DNA of 16,274 nt from Armatimonadota bacterium (GCA_052386995.1 JBQTJP010000293.1:1-16274); one strand, 5' to 3'. Counted from the stretch's first letter, positions 8,011 through 16,180 are shown. Translations and numbers: made by a program. Notes: generated by a model not told the origin, from the sequence alone.

Positions 8011-8809
8011 GGGTTCCCTCTGGGACGGACGGGGTCCGCCGGAGCACGTGTTCGGCTTCGATGTCAAAGGCAAAGGTGTAGAGGTCCGGCCGGAAGCGCG
8101 CCCGGACAAACTGGGCTGGCTCGCCGTCAGCATGCACAGCGAACTCGGCGACGAGCACCGGCGAACCCGATCGCAGCCCCAGCCAGCGCGCCTCCTCACG
8201 GCTGGCCCCTCGTGCCGCGATGCGCACGCGGGCGCGGTTGACGGTGAGACCCCGCTCGCGCGCCAGCGTCGCCAGCAGACTGGGGACCGCGAAATCACGG
8301 GGACGCAGCCGCGCGGCCAGCGCCCGCACCAGGTAGCGGTCCTCGATCCACAGCGGCCGTCCCCCGGCTTCGCCTCCCCGATGGAGCCAGAGCACCTCGG
8401 TACCAGGTTCGAGGGCAAGGGCGGCGGCCACGTCCCCCGGCGCCCGCACCCAATCCCGCCTCACCACCCTGGTGTCTGGCGCGAACCCGCCGCGGCGGAT
8501 GTCCTGCTCAAAGCCGAGCAGGTCAGCCGGATTGCGCTCGATCCGGTACTCGACCGCCCGGAGTGGATTGACGAACGTGCCGCGGCCTGGAACTCGGTAG
8601 ATTAATCCCTCTTGAACCAGGCGCTCCATCGCGCGTCGGACCGTGATGCGGCTGACGCCGAGACGCCGTACCAACGCCTCTTCAGTCGGCAGCGGTGTTC
8701 CTTCAGAGTATCGCCCAGCGTGTCGCCTGTTAATGAGCTGGTCGCGTAGCAATGATTCAACCTGGTAGTAGAGGGGGATCGGAGAGCGGCGATTGATTGC
8801 ATTTGTCAT
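7997..8809 (-). CDS. GntR family transcriptional regulator, HutC subfamily (wHTH plus UTRA domain), 270 aa
   Basis: PLYYQVESLLRD, LPTEEAL...GVSRITVRRAMERLVQEGLIYRVPGRGTFV; UTRA-like C-terminal half (EEARWLGL..GSPVL, FRPDLYTF). Confidence 0.93.
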   Translation of the reverse strand: MTNAINRRSPIPLYYQVESLLRDQLINRRHAGRYSEGTPLPTEEALVRRLGVSRITVRRAMERLVQEGLIYRVPGRGTFVNPLRAVEYRIERNPADLLGFEQDIRRGGFAPDTRVVRRDWVRAPGDVAAALALEPGTEVLWLHRGGEAGGRPLWIEDRYLVRALAARLRPRDFAVPSLLATLARERGLTVNRARVRIAARGASREEARWLGLRSGSPVLVAEFAVHADGEPAQFVRARFRPDLYTFAFDIEAEHVLRRTPSVPEGTHDRK

Positions 8810-8813
8810 AACA
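8804..8813. promoter_or_regulatory. Candidate GntR/HutC-type operator overlapping the regulator start codon
   Basis: TGTCATAACA is a palindrome at 4 of 5 pairs (TGT..ACA) in an AT-rich patch and contains the ATG (8809..8807). A CATAAT hexamer lies at 8818..8813 on the minus strand. Confidence 0.4.
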
Positions 8814-9006
8814 TTATGCTTTATTCGCTAGGTGATAGACCTTCCTCCTGCCTCAGGCAGTGCCCGCGTGGGGCGGTCTCATGGGAGCAGTTGGGTGCAC
8901 GGCCCTCAGCGCGCGAAAGGGACTGCTGATAAGGACTGACAGCTTGTGGGGGCAGTATTGTCTCCCTACCGCTTCGTGATGGGCATACACTTTGCCGAAG
9001 GGGCTA

Positions 9007-9015
9007 TGCTATACT
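9007..9015 (+). promoter_or_regulatory. Extended -10 promoter element (TGnTATACT) for the oxidoreductase genes
   Basis: TG-c-TATACT about 80 nt upstream of the GTG at 9095. No correctly spaced -35: TTGCCG at 8992-8997 is only 12 nt away. RBS AAGGAG at 9080-9085. Confidence 0.5.
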
Positions 9016-9094
9016 TTTACACGCCCGATGTGGCGGCCGTGCAGCCTCCCGCCGGGACGTTTGTGTCTATTTTGGGTCAAAGGAGCGAGGTTCG

Positions 9095-10978
9095 GTGGTC
9101 GTCAACAACTTGAAACTCCTCGTCGGAGGGGTGCAGCTCCGCGACGGAGTCACGACGGTAACCGATCTTCTTGGCAAGATGTTCGTCCGCGCCGGCCTGC
9201 ACGTTCTGGCGATGGAAAAAGGGTACGCATCGACGATCTACGGGGCGCATCAGTACGACCCCGTGGTCGTCTCCGAGGTGCCGCCGCTTTCTTACGGCGA
9301 CGATCGCACCGACATCCTGGCCGCGTTGGAGTACGACACGAACCCTGATGCGCCCGTCCAGCCCAACCGCGACACGATCCTCCGGCACGGCAACAACATC
9401 AAAGACGGCGGCGTCCTGGTCTACGACAGCACGACGGGGACGGTCGACACCAGCGCGTTAGAGGCGCGCCGGATCAAGGTCTTTCCGCTGCCGGCCCGCC
9501 AGATCGCGCAGCGCGAGCTGAAGAAGGAAGTGGTCAAGAACACCGTCGTGACCGGCGCCCTGTTGCGGCTGCTCGAGTTCGATATGGACTACGCGCTGTT
9601 CGGCGCGTATCTCGAGGAGCGCTTTTCGCGCAAGGGCCGCGAGGTCATCGATCTCAACCTTGAGGCCGCCCGCCGCGGCCGAGCCGTGATCGAGGAGATC
9701 CTGAAGGCCAACGGCTGGGATGGCGCGGACTACAAGCTGGTAGCGCAGAAGCCCGGGGGGGCAACCCTGCTGGTCAACGGCAACGAGGCCCTCGGCATGG
9801 GCGCGATTCTGGGCGGCTGCCGGTACTATGCCGGGTATCCGATCACGCCGGCGTCGGCGATCCTCGAGTTCATGCAGGCGCACCTGCCGCGCTACGGCGG
9901 CCGGGCCCTGCAGGGGCAGAACGAGCGCGAGTCCATTCGCGCGGCGCTTGGCGCCAGCCTCGCCGGAGTCCGCAGCGCGATCGGCTCCTCGGGTCCAGGC
10001 ATCTCGCTGAAAGTCGAAGAGTTCGGGGTATCGGGTGTCTCCGAGACCCCGATCGTCATCATCGACACGCAGCGCGCCGGACCTTCGACCGGTATGCCGA
10101 CCAAGCCCGAGCAAGGCGACCTGTCGATGTCGATCTTCTCCGGGCACGGCGAGATTCCGCGGATCGTGCTCGCCGCCGGCACGGTGGAAGAGTGCTACAC
10201 GCTGGCGTTCGAGGCGTTTGACCTGGCGGATAAATATCAATGCCCCGTCTTTCTGTTGACCGATCTGACCCTGGCCGACGGCCGGCGCGACCTGCCTGAG
10301 GAGTTCTTCACCAGTCACCGCAAACCGGTGGCCCGCCACGGTCTCCTGCGCGAAGCCGACATCAAGAACGATGGGTATCGCCGGTACGCCGTCACCGAGT
10401 CGGGCATCTCCCCGCGCAACGTGCCGGGGATCCCCGGCGGCGTCTTCAAAATGAGCGGGTCGGAGCACGACGAGGCCGGCATGGTCACGACCGATCCGCC
10501 CAAGCGCAAGGCGATGTTCGAGAAGCGGATGCGCAAGATGCAGACCTATCTGCGCGAGGACGTGAAGCCCCCGCAGGTCTTCGGCTCCCCCGACGGCGTG
10601 CCGCTGCTGGTCGGCTGGGGATCGACCAAACTCCCGCTCCAGGACGCGCAGGCGCGGCTCCGCGGTGAAGGGGTCGAGACGTGCGTCATTCACTTTACAC
10701 ATCTGTGGCCGTTCCCCGTCCACCTCGCGCGGCCGCTGTTGCAGCGAGGCTCTCATGTCGTCGTCGTCGAGCAAAACTACTCCGGACAGCTCGCCGATCT
10801 CATCCAACAAGAATGCCTGATCGAGACGCGGAGGATCCTCAAGTACAACGGCCGGCCCTATTACACGTCGGACATCGCCGGCGGCGTCCAGCAACTCCTG
10901 GCCAACGGCACCCGCATCGTCCGCGTCGGTGAGCGGGCGCCTGAGCGCGTGCTGGAAACCGTTCCCGAGGGGGACTAG
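9095..10978 (+). CDS. korA: 2-oxoacid:ferredoxin (acceptor) oxidoreductase alpha subunit (fused gamma-alpha type), 627 aa
   Basis: N-terminal gamma-like domain; GNEALGMGA, YAGYPITPAS, SGPGISL, QRAGPSTGMPTKPEQGDL, HGEIPRIVLA, GSEHDE, GWGST, VEQNYSGQL. Substrate specificity cannot be determined from motifs. Confidence 0.92.
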   Translation: MVVNNLKLLVGGVQLRDGVTTVTDLLGKMFVRAGLHVLAMEKGYASTIYGAHQYDPVVVSEVPPLSYGDDRTDILAALEYDTNPDAPVQPNRDTILRHGNNIKDGGVLVYDSTTGTVDTSALEARRIKVFPLPARQIAQRELKKEVVKNTVVTGALLRLLEFDMDYALFGAYLEERFSRKGREVIDLNLEAARRGRAVIEEILKANGWDGADYKLVAQKPGGATLLVNGNEALGMGAILGGCRYYAGYPITPASAILEFMQAHLPRYGGRALQGQNERESIRAALGASLAGVRSAIGSSGPGISLKVEEFGVSGVSETPIVIIDTQRAGPSTGMPTKPEQGDLSMSIFSGHGEIPRIVLAAGTVEECYTLAFEAFDLADKYQCPVFLLTDLTLADGRRDLPEEFFTSHRKPVARHGLLREADIKNDGYRRYAVTESGISPRNVPGIPGGVFKMSGSEHDEAGMVTTDPPKRKAMFEKRMRKMQTYLREDVKPPQVFGSPDGVPLLVGWGSTKLPLQDAQARLRGEGVETCVIHFTHLWPFPVHLARPLLQRGSHVVVVEQNYSGQLADLIQQECLIETRRILKYNGRPYYTSDIAGGVQQLLANGTRIVRVGERAPERVLETVPEGD

Positions 10979-10981
10979 CCC

Positions 10982-11848
10982 GTGAGCGCGGCTCCTGCAA
11001 CGACGAAACTCTGGGATCAGAACGCGACGCCCAAGCACCGCATCCAGTGGTGTCCCGGGTGCGGCGACTTCGGCGTGCTCAACGCGCTGAAGGCCGCCCT
11101 GATGCGGCTCGAGCTGATGCCGCACGACGTTCTGCTGGTTGGTGGAATCGGCTGCTCCGGCCAGATCCGCAACTATCTCAACGGCAATGCGTTCCACGGG
11201 ACGCACGGGGGCGCGCTGGCCTACGCGCTCGGCGCGAAGATGGCGAATCCCGACCTCACCGTCATCACGCTGGCCGGCGACGGCGACACCCTGGCGATCG
11301 GCATCGAGAACTTCGTGCACATCTGCCGGCGCGATCCGCAGGTGTCGCTGATCATCATGGACAACGGGGTTTACGGGCTGACGAAAGGGCAGGATTCCCC
11401 GACCGCCGGACTCGGCAAGGTGATGGAGGAGTTTACCGAGGAAGAGCCGCAATACGTCAACCCGCTGAGGCTGGCGCTCACCTGCGGCGCGTCGTTCGTC
11501 GCGCAGTCGTTCTCCGGCGACCCCAAGCATGCCACGGACATCTACATCGAGGCCTTCAAGCACCCGGGATTCGCGATCGTGGACGACTTCTCGCCCTGCG
11601 TGACGTACAACAAATTCAACACCTACGAGTGGTACAAAGAGCACGTCGAGCACGTGCCCAAGGACTACGACCCCTCCGACAAGAAGGCCGCATGGCAGCT
11701 GCTCGACGAGTTCGACAAGCGCGGCAAGCTGCCGTTGGGCATCGTGTTCCGCGAGGTCCGGCGCAGAACAGCCCACAAGCGCCTGCCTATCTGGGACGAA
11801 GAGTTGGCCGGGACCGATCCTGCGCCAATGTTTCGACTCTTCCGATAG
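10982..11848 (+). CDS. korB: 2-oxoacid:ferredoxin oxidoreductase beta subunit (TPP and [4Fe-4S] binding), 288 aa
   Basis: WCPGCGDF, GIGCSG, TPP motif GDGD...DNGVYGLTKGQ.SPT, SPCVTYN. Starts 3 nt after the alpha-subunit stop. Confidence 0.93.
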   Translation: MSAAPATTKLWDQNATPKHRIQWCPGCGDFGVLNALKAALMRLELMPHDVLLVGGIGCSGQIRNYLNGNAFHGTHGGALAYALGAKMANPDLTVITLAGDGDTLAIGIENFVHICRRDPQVSLIIMDNGVYGLTKGQDSPTAGLGKVMEEFTEEEPQYVNPLRLALTCGASFVAQSFSGDPKHATDIYIEAFKHPGFAIVDDFSPCVTYNKFNTYEWYKEHVEHVPKDYDPSDKKAAWQLLDEFDKRGKLPLGIVFREVRRRTAHKRLPIWDEELAGTDPAPMFRLFR

Positions 11849-11944
11849 GATCGGTAGAAGATTTCTACGTAATTAGTGCAAAGCTGTCAGGTTAGCGAAA
11901 AGCTTACATAAGCACGCCGCACGCCGGCCCTCCCCGGAGGACAC

Positions 11945-13585
11945 ATGGGCCTTGTGTACTTCGATCGGAGGCCGTTCCACGAGCTCTACGAGACGTTTCG
12001 CTGGCAGATTCCCGCGACCTACAATATTGGAGTGGACGTGTCCGACAAGTGGGCGGGGGATGCCGACCGTCTCGCGCTGATTGACGTTACAGCCGTGGGG
12101 GATACCCGGTACACTTTTGCAGCACTGGCGCGTGCATCGAATCGTTGGGCCAACGTCCTGGACAGTCTGGGGGTGGGACGGCGCGACCGGGTAGCCATCA
12201 TTCTCCCTCAGTGCCGCGAGACGCCCCTTGCTCACATAGCCACCTACAAACTCGGCGCCGTGGCCGTGCCTTTGGCCACTCTCTTTGGCGAGGATGCCTT
12301 GGAGTACAGGCTCAGAGACAGCGGTGCCCGGGTCGCCATCTTCGACGAGCAGACCGCTCATAAAATCGCCCGTATCCGCGACCGCCTCCCCGACCTGCGT
12401 CATCTGGTGGTCGTAGGTAGAAGTGCCCTGGACCTGCCTGGGACGCTCGAGGCGGACGGGCTGGAGGCGCGGGCCAGCGAGCGATTTACCCCAATAGACA
12501 CGCGACCGCAGGATCCGGCCCTGATCATGTACACTTCGGGGACTACGGGCCCGCCCAAGGGCGCGGTCTTACCACATTCGGCCCTCATCGGTCACCTGCC
12601 AGCATTCGTGCTGTTCAACAACCTCGCCCCTCAGCCCGGTGACCTCCTTTGGTCCCCCGCGGACTGGGCCTGGATCGGCGGGCTCTTCAACGTCCTGTGG
12701 GCGGGGTGGCACTACGGCATTCCCGTCGTCGCCTTCAGGCAGCCCAAGTTTGATCCAGAGCGCGCATTCTGGATCCTGGGCCACTACGGCATCCGGAACG
12801 CCTTCATCTTTCCGACGGCCCTCAAGCTCATGCGTCAGGTGCCCGATTCTCGAGCGCGCTACCGGCCGCGGCTGCGCTCGGTCTACAGCGCCGGGGAGCC
12901 GGTAGGGGAGGAGCTCGTCGCCTGGGGGCGCGAGGTCCTCGGCGTCACGATCAATGAGTTCTTCGGTCAGACTGAGATGAACCTCGTGGTCGGCAATTGC
13001 GCCGAGATTATGGCGGTGAAACCGGGCAGCATCGGCAAGCCCTATCCGGGACATCGTGTGGAAGTGGTGGATGAAGAGGGACGCGGACTTCCCCCCGGCG
13101 AACTGGGCGAGGTCGCGGTGCGCCGTCCGGATCCGGTAATGTTCCTGGAGTACTGGAACAACCCGGAGGCGACACGGCGCAAGTTCATCGGTGACTGGGC
13201 GCTCATGGGGGATCTGGCCGTCAAGGACGAGGAAGGGTATTTGTGGTTCAAATCGCGCAGGGACGACATCATCAAGAGCGGTGCGTACCGGATCGGGCCC
13301 GGCGAGATCGAGGAGTGTCTCTTGCGCCATCCCGCGGTCGCAATGGTGGCTGTCGTGGGCATACCCGACGCCGAGCGTGGCCAGGTCGTCAAAGCCTTCA
13401 TCCGTCTGGCGCCCGGACACTTCCCCCTGCCGGGCCTACTTGCCGATCTCCAGACCCTCGTGAAGGAGCGTGTGGGGTTCCATGCCTATCCGCGGTCCAT
13501 CGAATTTGTCGATGAGCTTCCGTTGACGACGACCGGGAAGATGCAGCGTTTCGTCCTACGCCAGCGCACGGCTCCTCAGGAGTAA
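11945..13585 (+). CDS. AMP-forming acyl-CoA synthetase (short/medium-chain, ACSM/MACS-like), 546 aa
   Basis: YTSGTTGPPKG P-loop, SPADWAWIGG, EFFGQTE, GDL, RRDDIIKSGAYRIGPGEIE, LPLTTTGK. RBS GGAGG just upstream. Confidence 0.93.
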   Translation: MGLVYFDRRPFHELYETFRWQIPATYNIGVDVSDKWAGDADRLALIDVTAVGDTRYTFAALARASNRWANVLDSLGVGRRDRVAIILPQCRETPLAHIATYKLGAVAVPLATLFGEDALEYRLRDSGARVAIFDEQTAHKIARIRDRLPDLRHLVVVGRSALDLPGTLEADGLEARASERFTPIDTRPQDPALIMYTSGTTGPPKGAVLPHSALIGHLPAFVLFNNLAPQPGDLLWSPADWAWIGGLFNVLWAGWHYGIPVVAFRQPKFDPERAFWILGHYGIRNAFIFPTALKLMRQVPDSRARYRPRLRSVYSAGEPVGEELVAWGREVLGVTINEFFGQTEMNLVVGNCAEIMAVKPGSIGKPYPGHRVEVVDEEGRGLPPGELGEVAVRRPDPVMFLEYWNNPEATRRKFIGDWALMGDLAVKDEEGYLWFKSRRDDIIKSGAYRIGPGEIEECLLRHPAVAMVAVVGIPDAERGQVVKAFIRLAPGHFPLPGLLADLQTLVKERVGFHAYPRSIEFVDELPLTTTGKMQRFVLRQRTAPQE

Positions 13586-13642
13586 ACCGGCTCTGGATCT
13601 GCGGTCTGAGCACAATCACGCACGCAAAAAGGGGGTGGGGCG

Positions 13643-14812
13643 ATGATCGACATTGCGCGCGAGACTCAGATGCTCGCTGAGGAGATTCCCCGGGCGGCCG
13701 GGTCGTACCGCCGGTTCGCGGGCACGGAAGCGGACCACCGTGCGATTGAGCATATCGCTAGCCGCTTTCGTACGCTGGGTATTGAGACAAAAGTGGAGTG
13801 GCTCCAATTCATGGGATGGGAGCCGGTCTCCGAGTCCCTCGCCGTGCTGGCGCCTGAGCGACGGACCATAGAGTGTGCCCCTCTGACGTGGGCGGGATCA
13901 ACTCCCCAGGGAGGCGTCGAAGGTCGTCTGATGTATGCGGGGCCGACCGAACTGGTCCTCTTTCGCTGGGATCGGTGGAGTATCGTCGATGCCGACGGTG
14001 AAGAGATCGCGTACGTCATTGGCATCACCGATGACTTCCCTGCGCTCCCGGAACCGCTGGATTTTCCCGATATCAACGTGCCATGTGTCGAGTTCGGGAA
14101 GGCGGACAACGATCTGCTGCACCAGTGGCGGAACGCCGGAAAAGAGATTCGCGTCAACCTCACGATGCAGACCACGTACAAGCCGCAGTCACGCACGGCG
14201 AACGTGATCGGCCGCGTGCCGGGCACGCGGAAGCCCGAGACGATCATCATTGTGAGCGGCCACCACGACTCCTTTTCCCCGGGAGCGAGCGACAATGCCA
14301 GCGGAGTTATTAGTGTGCTCTTGCTTGCGGAGCGTTATCGAGACCGGGGGTACCCCTACACCATCGAGTTCACCTCCTTTGGCGCGGAGGAATGGAATCT
14401 CCTCGGCTCGCGAACGCATATGGAGATGCAAAAGCAGCGAGGTGAACTCACCCGGGTGAAAGCGGTGCTCAATATCGACACGGTGAGCCATCCCGAGGCG
14501 AAATGGATCTGGATGATGGTCGATAAGAAGGATCAAGTCCACCTGCGACGGCTGACCCGGGAGGCGCTGCGTGAACTGAAGCTCGACCGAAAGTACGAGG
14601 TACAATGGGAAGCGGCGGCCCGGGGCCGCTATCCGGGGGCAGGGGTAGACAGTGCTGTGTACACGCACGAGGGGATCCCGGCGCTCACCGTGGTCTGGTG
14701 GCCATTTCCGACGATGCACCAGCGGTCCGAGACGCGGAGCAACCCTGAGCAGATCCGGGTGACCGTGGATATTATCGACAGAGTGCTGCAGAAGCTCAGC
14801 ACCGATGCGTGA
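13643..14812 (+). CDS. M28 family zinc metallopeptidase/amidohydrolase with PA-like insert and no signal peptide, 389 aa
   Basis: RFAGTEAD, NVIG, SGHHDS, GASDNASG, FGAEEWNLLGS, LNIDTV and C-terminal MH; these supply the M28 metal ligands H/D/EE/D/H. Confidence 0.85.
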   Translation: MIDIARETQMLAEEIPRAAGSYRRFAGTEADHRAIEHIASRFRTLGIETKVEWLQFMGWEPVSESLAVLAPERRTIECAPLTWAGSTPQGGVEGRLMYAGPTELVLFRWDRWSIVDADGEEIAYVIGITDDFPALPEPLDFPDINVPCVEFGKADNDLLHQWRNAGKEIRVNLTMQTTYKPQSRTANVIGRVPGTRKPETIIIVSGHHDSFSPGASDNASGVISVLLLAERYRDRGYPYTIEFTSFGAEEWNLLGSRTHMEMQKQRGELTRVKAVLNIDTVSHPEAKWIWMMVDKKDQVHLRRLTREALRELKLDRKYEVQWEAAARGRYPGAGVDSAVYTHEGIPALTVVWWPFPTMHQRSETRSNPEQIRVTVDIIDRVLQKLSTDA

Positions 14813-14875
14813 AAGGCGACTGGCAACTCGGGTTGTGAACGGGCGCGAGACTGGTCTCATAGAAGGGGGAGGACC

Positions 14876-16138
14876 ATGAGGATGAAAAGACGGGATTTCC
14901 TGCGTAGGAGCCTGGTCACCGCCGGTGGCCTGACGATGGGCGGCGGCACGATCGTGAACGCGCTGCGGACATCTGCACTCGGGGCGGCGGGCTCAGACAT
15001 CAAGGTAGGCAGCCTGCTGGATGGGACGGGACCGATCAACATCTACGGGCTGCCTATGATCGACGCCACGCAGTTCGCGGTCGACGACATCAACACGAAG
15101 GGGGGCGTGCTGGGGCGCAAGCTGCGGCTGGTGGCCTTTGATACCCAGTCCACCAATGAACGCTACACTCAGTACGCGACGCGCCTGATCCTCCAGGACA
15201 AAGTGGCCGTTATCCATGGCGGCATCACCAGCGCGTCTCGTGAAGCCATCCGGCCCCTGATGAAGAAGCATAAGATGCTCTACTTCTACAACGAGCAGTA
15301 CGAGGGCGGCGTCTGCGACAAGTTTGTGTTCAATACCGGTGTTACACCGGCCCAACAGCTGGGAACCCTGGTGCCGTGGGCCATCAAGGAATACGGCGCG
15401 AAGGCTTACACAATTGCGGCCGACTATAACTACGGGCACATTTCCGCAGACTGGGTCAAGGTGTTTCTCAACAAGAACGGCGGCTCCCTGGTGAAGGAGG
15501 AGTTCTTCCCCTTGGACGTGACAGATTTCAGCGCCACGGTGAACAAGATCCAGGAGGCCAAGCCTTCCTTCGTCATGTCGTTGCTAGTCGGTGGGAATCA
15601 TATCGCTTTCTACCGCCAGTACGCCGCGGCGGGCATGAAGGATAAAATTCCGATTGTCTCCCCCACCCTTGGCCTGGGAAATGAGCAGGTTGTCCTAGCG
15701 CCCAAAGAGGCGCAGGGGATCACCGTGGTCTACCCTTACTTCCAGGAGCTAGACAACGCCGCCAACCGCGAGTTTGTGAAGCGCTGGCAGGCCCGGTTTG
15801 GCACCAAGCACGCCTACATCACCGACTCGGCCAACATCGTGTGGACCGGGTGGCACCTGTGGGCCATGGCGGTGAACAAGGCAGGATCTTTGGACCAGAA
15901 CAAGGTCATCGAGGCTCTGGAGAGCGGCCTCACCTTTGATGCGCCTGAGGGACGGGTGAAACTCGATCCGCAGAGTCATCACATCATCCACACAGTCAAC
16001 CTCGCCCAGGTGAATGACAAGCGCGGATTCAAGATCCTGAAGACATTCCCCAACGTCGCCCCCAGCGATACCATGGACGTGTGCAACTTGATTACCAACC
16101 CGAATCAGCACACGCAGTACACGCCGAAGACAAAATAG
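14876..16138 (+). CDS. Urea/short-chain amide-type ABC substrate-binding protein (UrtA/FmdD/AmiC-like, periplasmic binding protein type 1) with Tat signal, 420 aa
   Basis: KRRDFL twin-arginine motif; IN.KGGVLGRKL, GGITSASREAIRP, YNEQYEGG, ADYNYG, FDAPEGRVKLDPQSHH. ATG 14882 is an alternative start with better spacing from GGAGG (14868-14872). Confidence 0.87.
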   Translation: MRMKRRDFLRRSLVTAGGLTMGGGTIVNALRTSALGAAGSDIKVGSLLDGTGPINIYGLPMIDATQFAVDDINTKGGVLGRKLRLVAFDTQSTNERYTQYATRLILQDKVAVIHGGITSASREAIRPLMKKHKMLYFYNEQYEGGVCDKFVFNTGVTPAQQLGTLVPWAIKEYGAKAYTIAADYNYGHISADWVKVFLNKNGGSLVKEEFFPLDVTDFSATVNKIQEAKPSFVMSLLVGGNHIAFYRQYAAAGMKDKIPIVSPTLGLGNEQVVLAPKEAQGITVVYPYFQELDNAANREFVKRWQARFGTKHAYITDSANIVWTGWHLWAMAVNKAGSLDQNKVIEALESGLTFDAPEGRVKLDPQSHHIIHTVNLAQVNDKRGFKILKTFPNVAPSDTMDVCNLITNPNQHTQYTPKTK

Positions 16139-16144
16139 GGAGCA

Positions 16145-16180
16145 GGCGGCGGCCCGGCCGGGCCGCCGCCCCAATTTTAA
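16145..16180 (+). terminator. Perfect 26-bp GC palindrome followed by a short T-run; putative intrinsic terminator or stabilising hairpin
   Basis: GGCGGCGGCCCGGCCGGGCCGCCGCC (16145-16170) is its own reverse complement, begins 6 nt after the stop, and is followed by CCAATTTTAA. Confidence 0.6.

Noticed and set aside
8011..8418. 136-aa N-terminal extension of the DUF4392 ORF
   Set aside because: Lies within gntR in another frame and has low-complexity Arg/Ser/Pro/Cys composition; a better SD-led ATG exists at 8010.
8861..9094. Riboswitch or ncRNA in the divergent intergenic region, including a short AAG(G)GACTG direct repeat at 8917-8938
   Set aside because: No TPP, SAM, cobalamin or glycine riboswitch consensus is recognisable by eye and the repeat is too short to be significant; an Rfam/Infernal scan would be decisive.
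8992..9348. 118-aa TTG-started ORF overlapping the korA start, and TTGCCG as a -35 box
   Set aside because: The ORF has no RBS or motifs and overlaps korA out of frame; TTGCCG is only 12 nt from TATACT.
9458..11776. 772-aa antisense ORF across korAB
   Set aside because: Shadow frame expected from high-GC3 coding on the opposite strand; no recognisable motifs and fully overlaps two well-supported genes.
11854..11870. ATTTCTAC/GTAGA resembling a Cas12a CRISPR repeat stem
   Set aside because: Single copy with the arms in the wrong order; no spacers or cas genes.
14820..14838. Possible sigma-54 promoter (TGGCAA...TTGT) before the amide SBP
   Set aside because: No GC at the required GG-N10-GC position.
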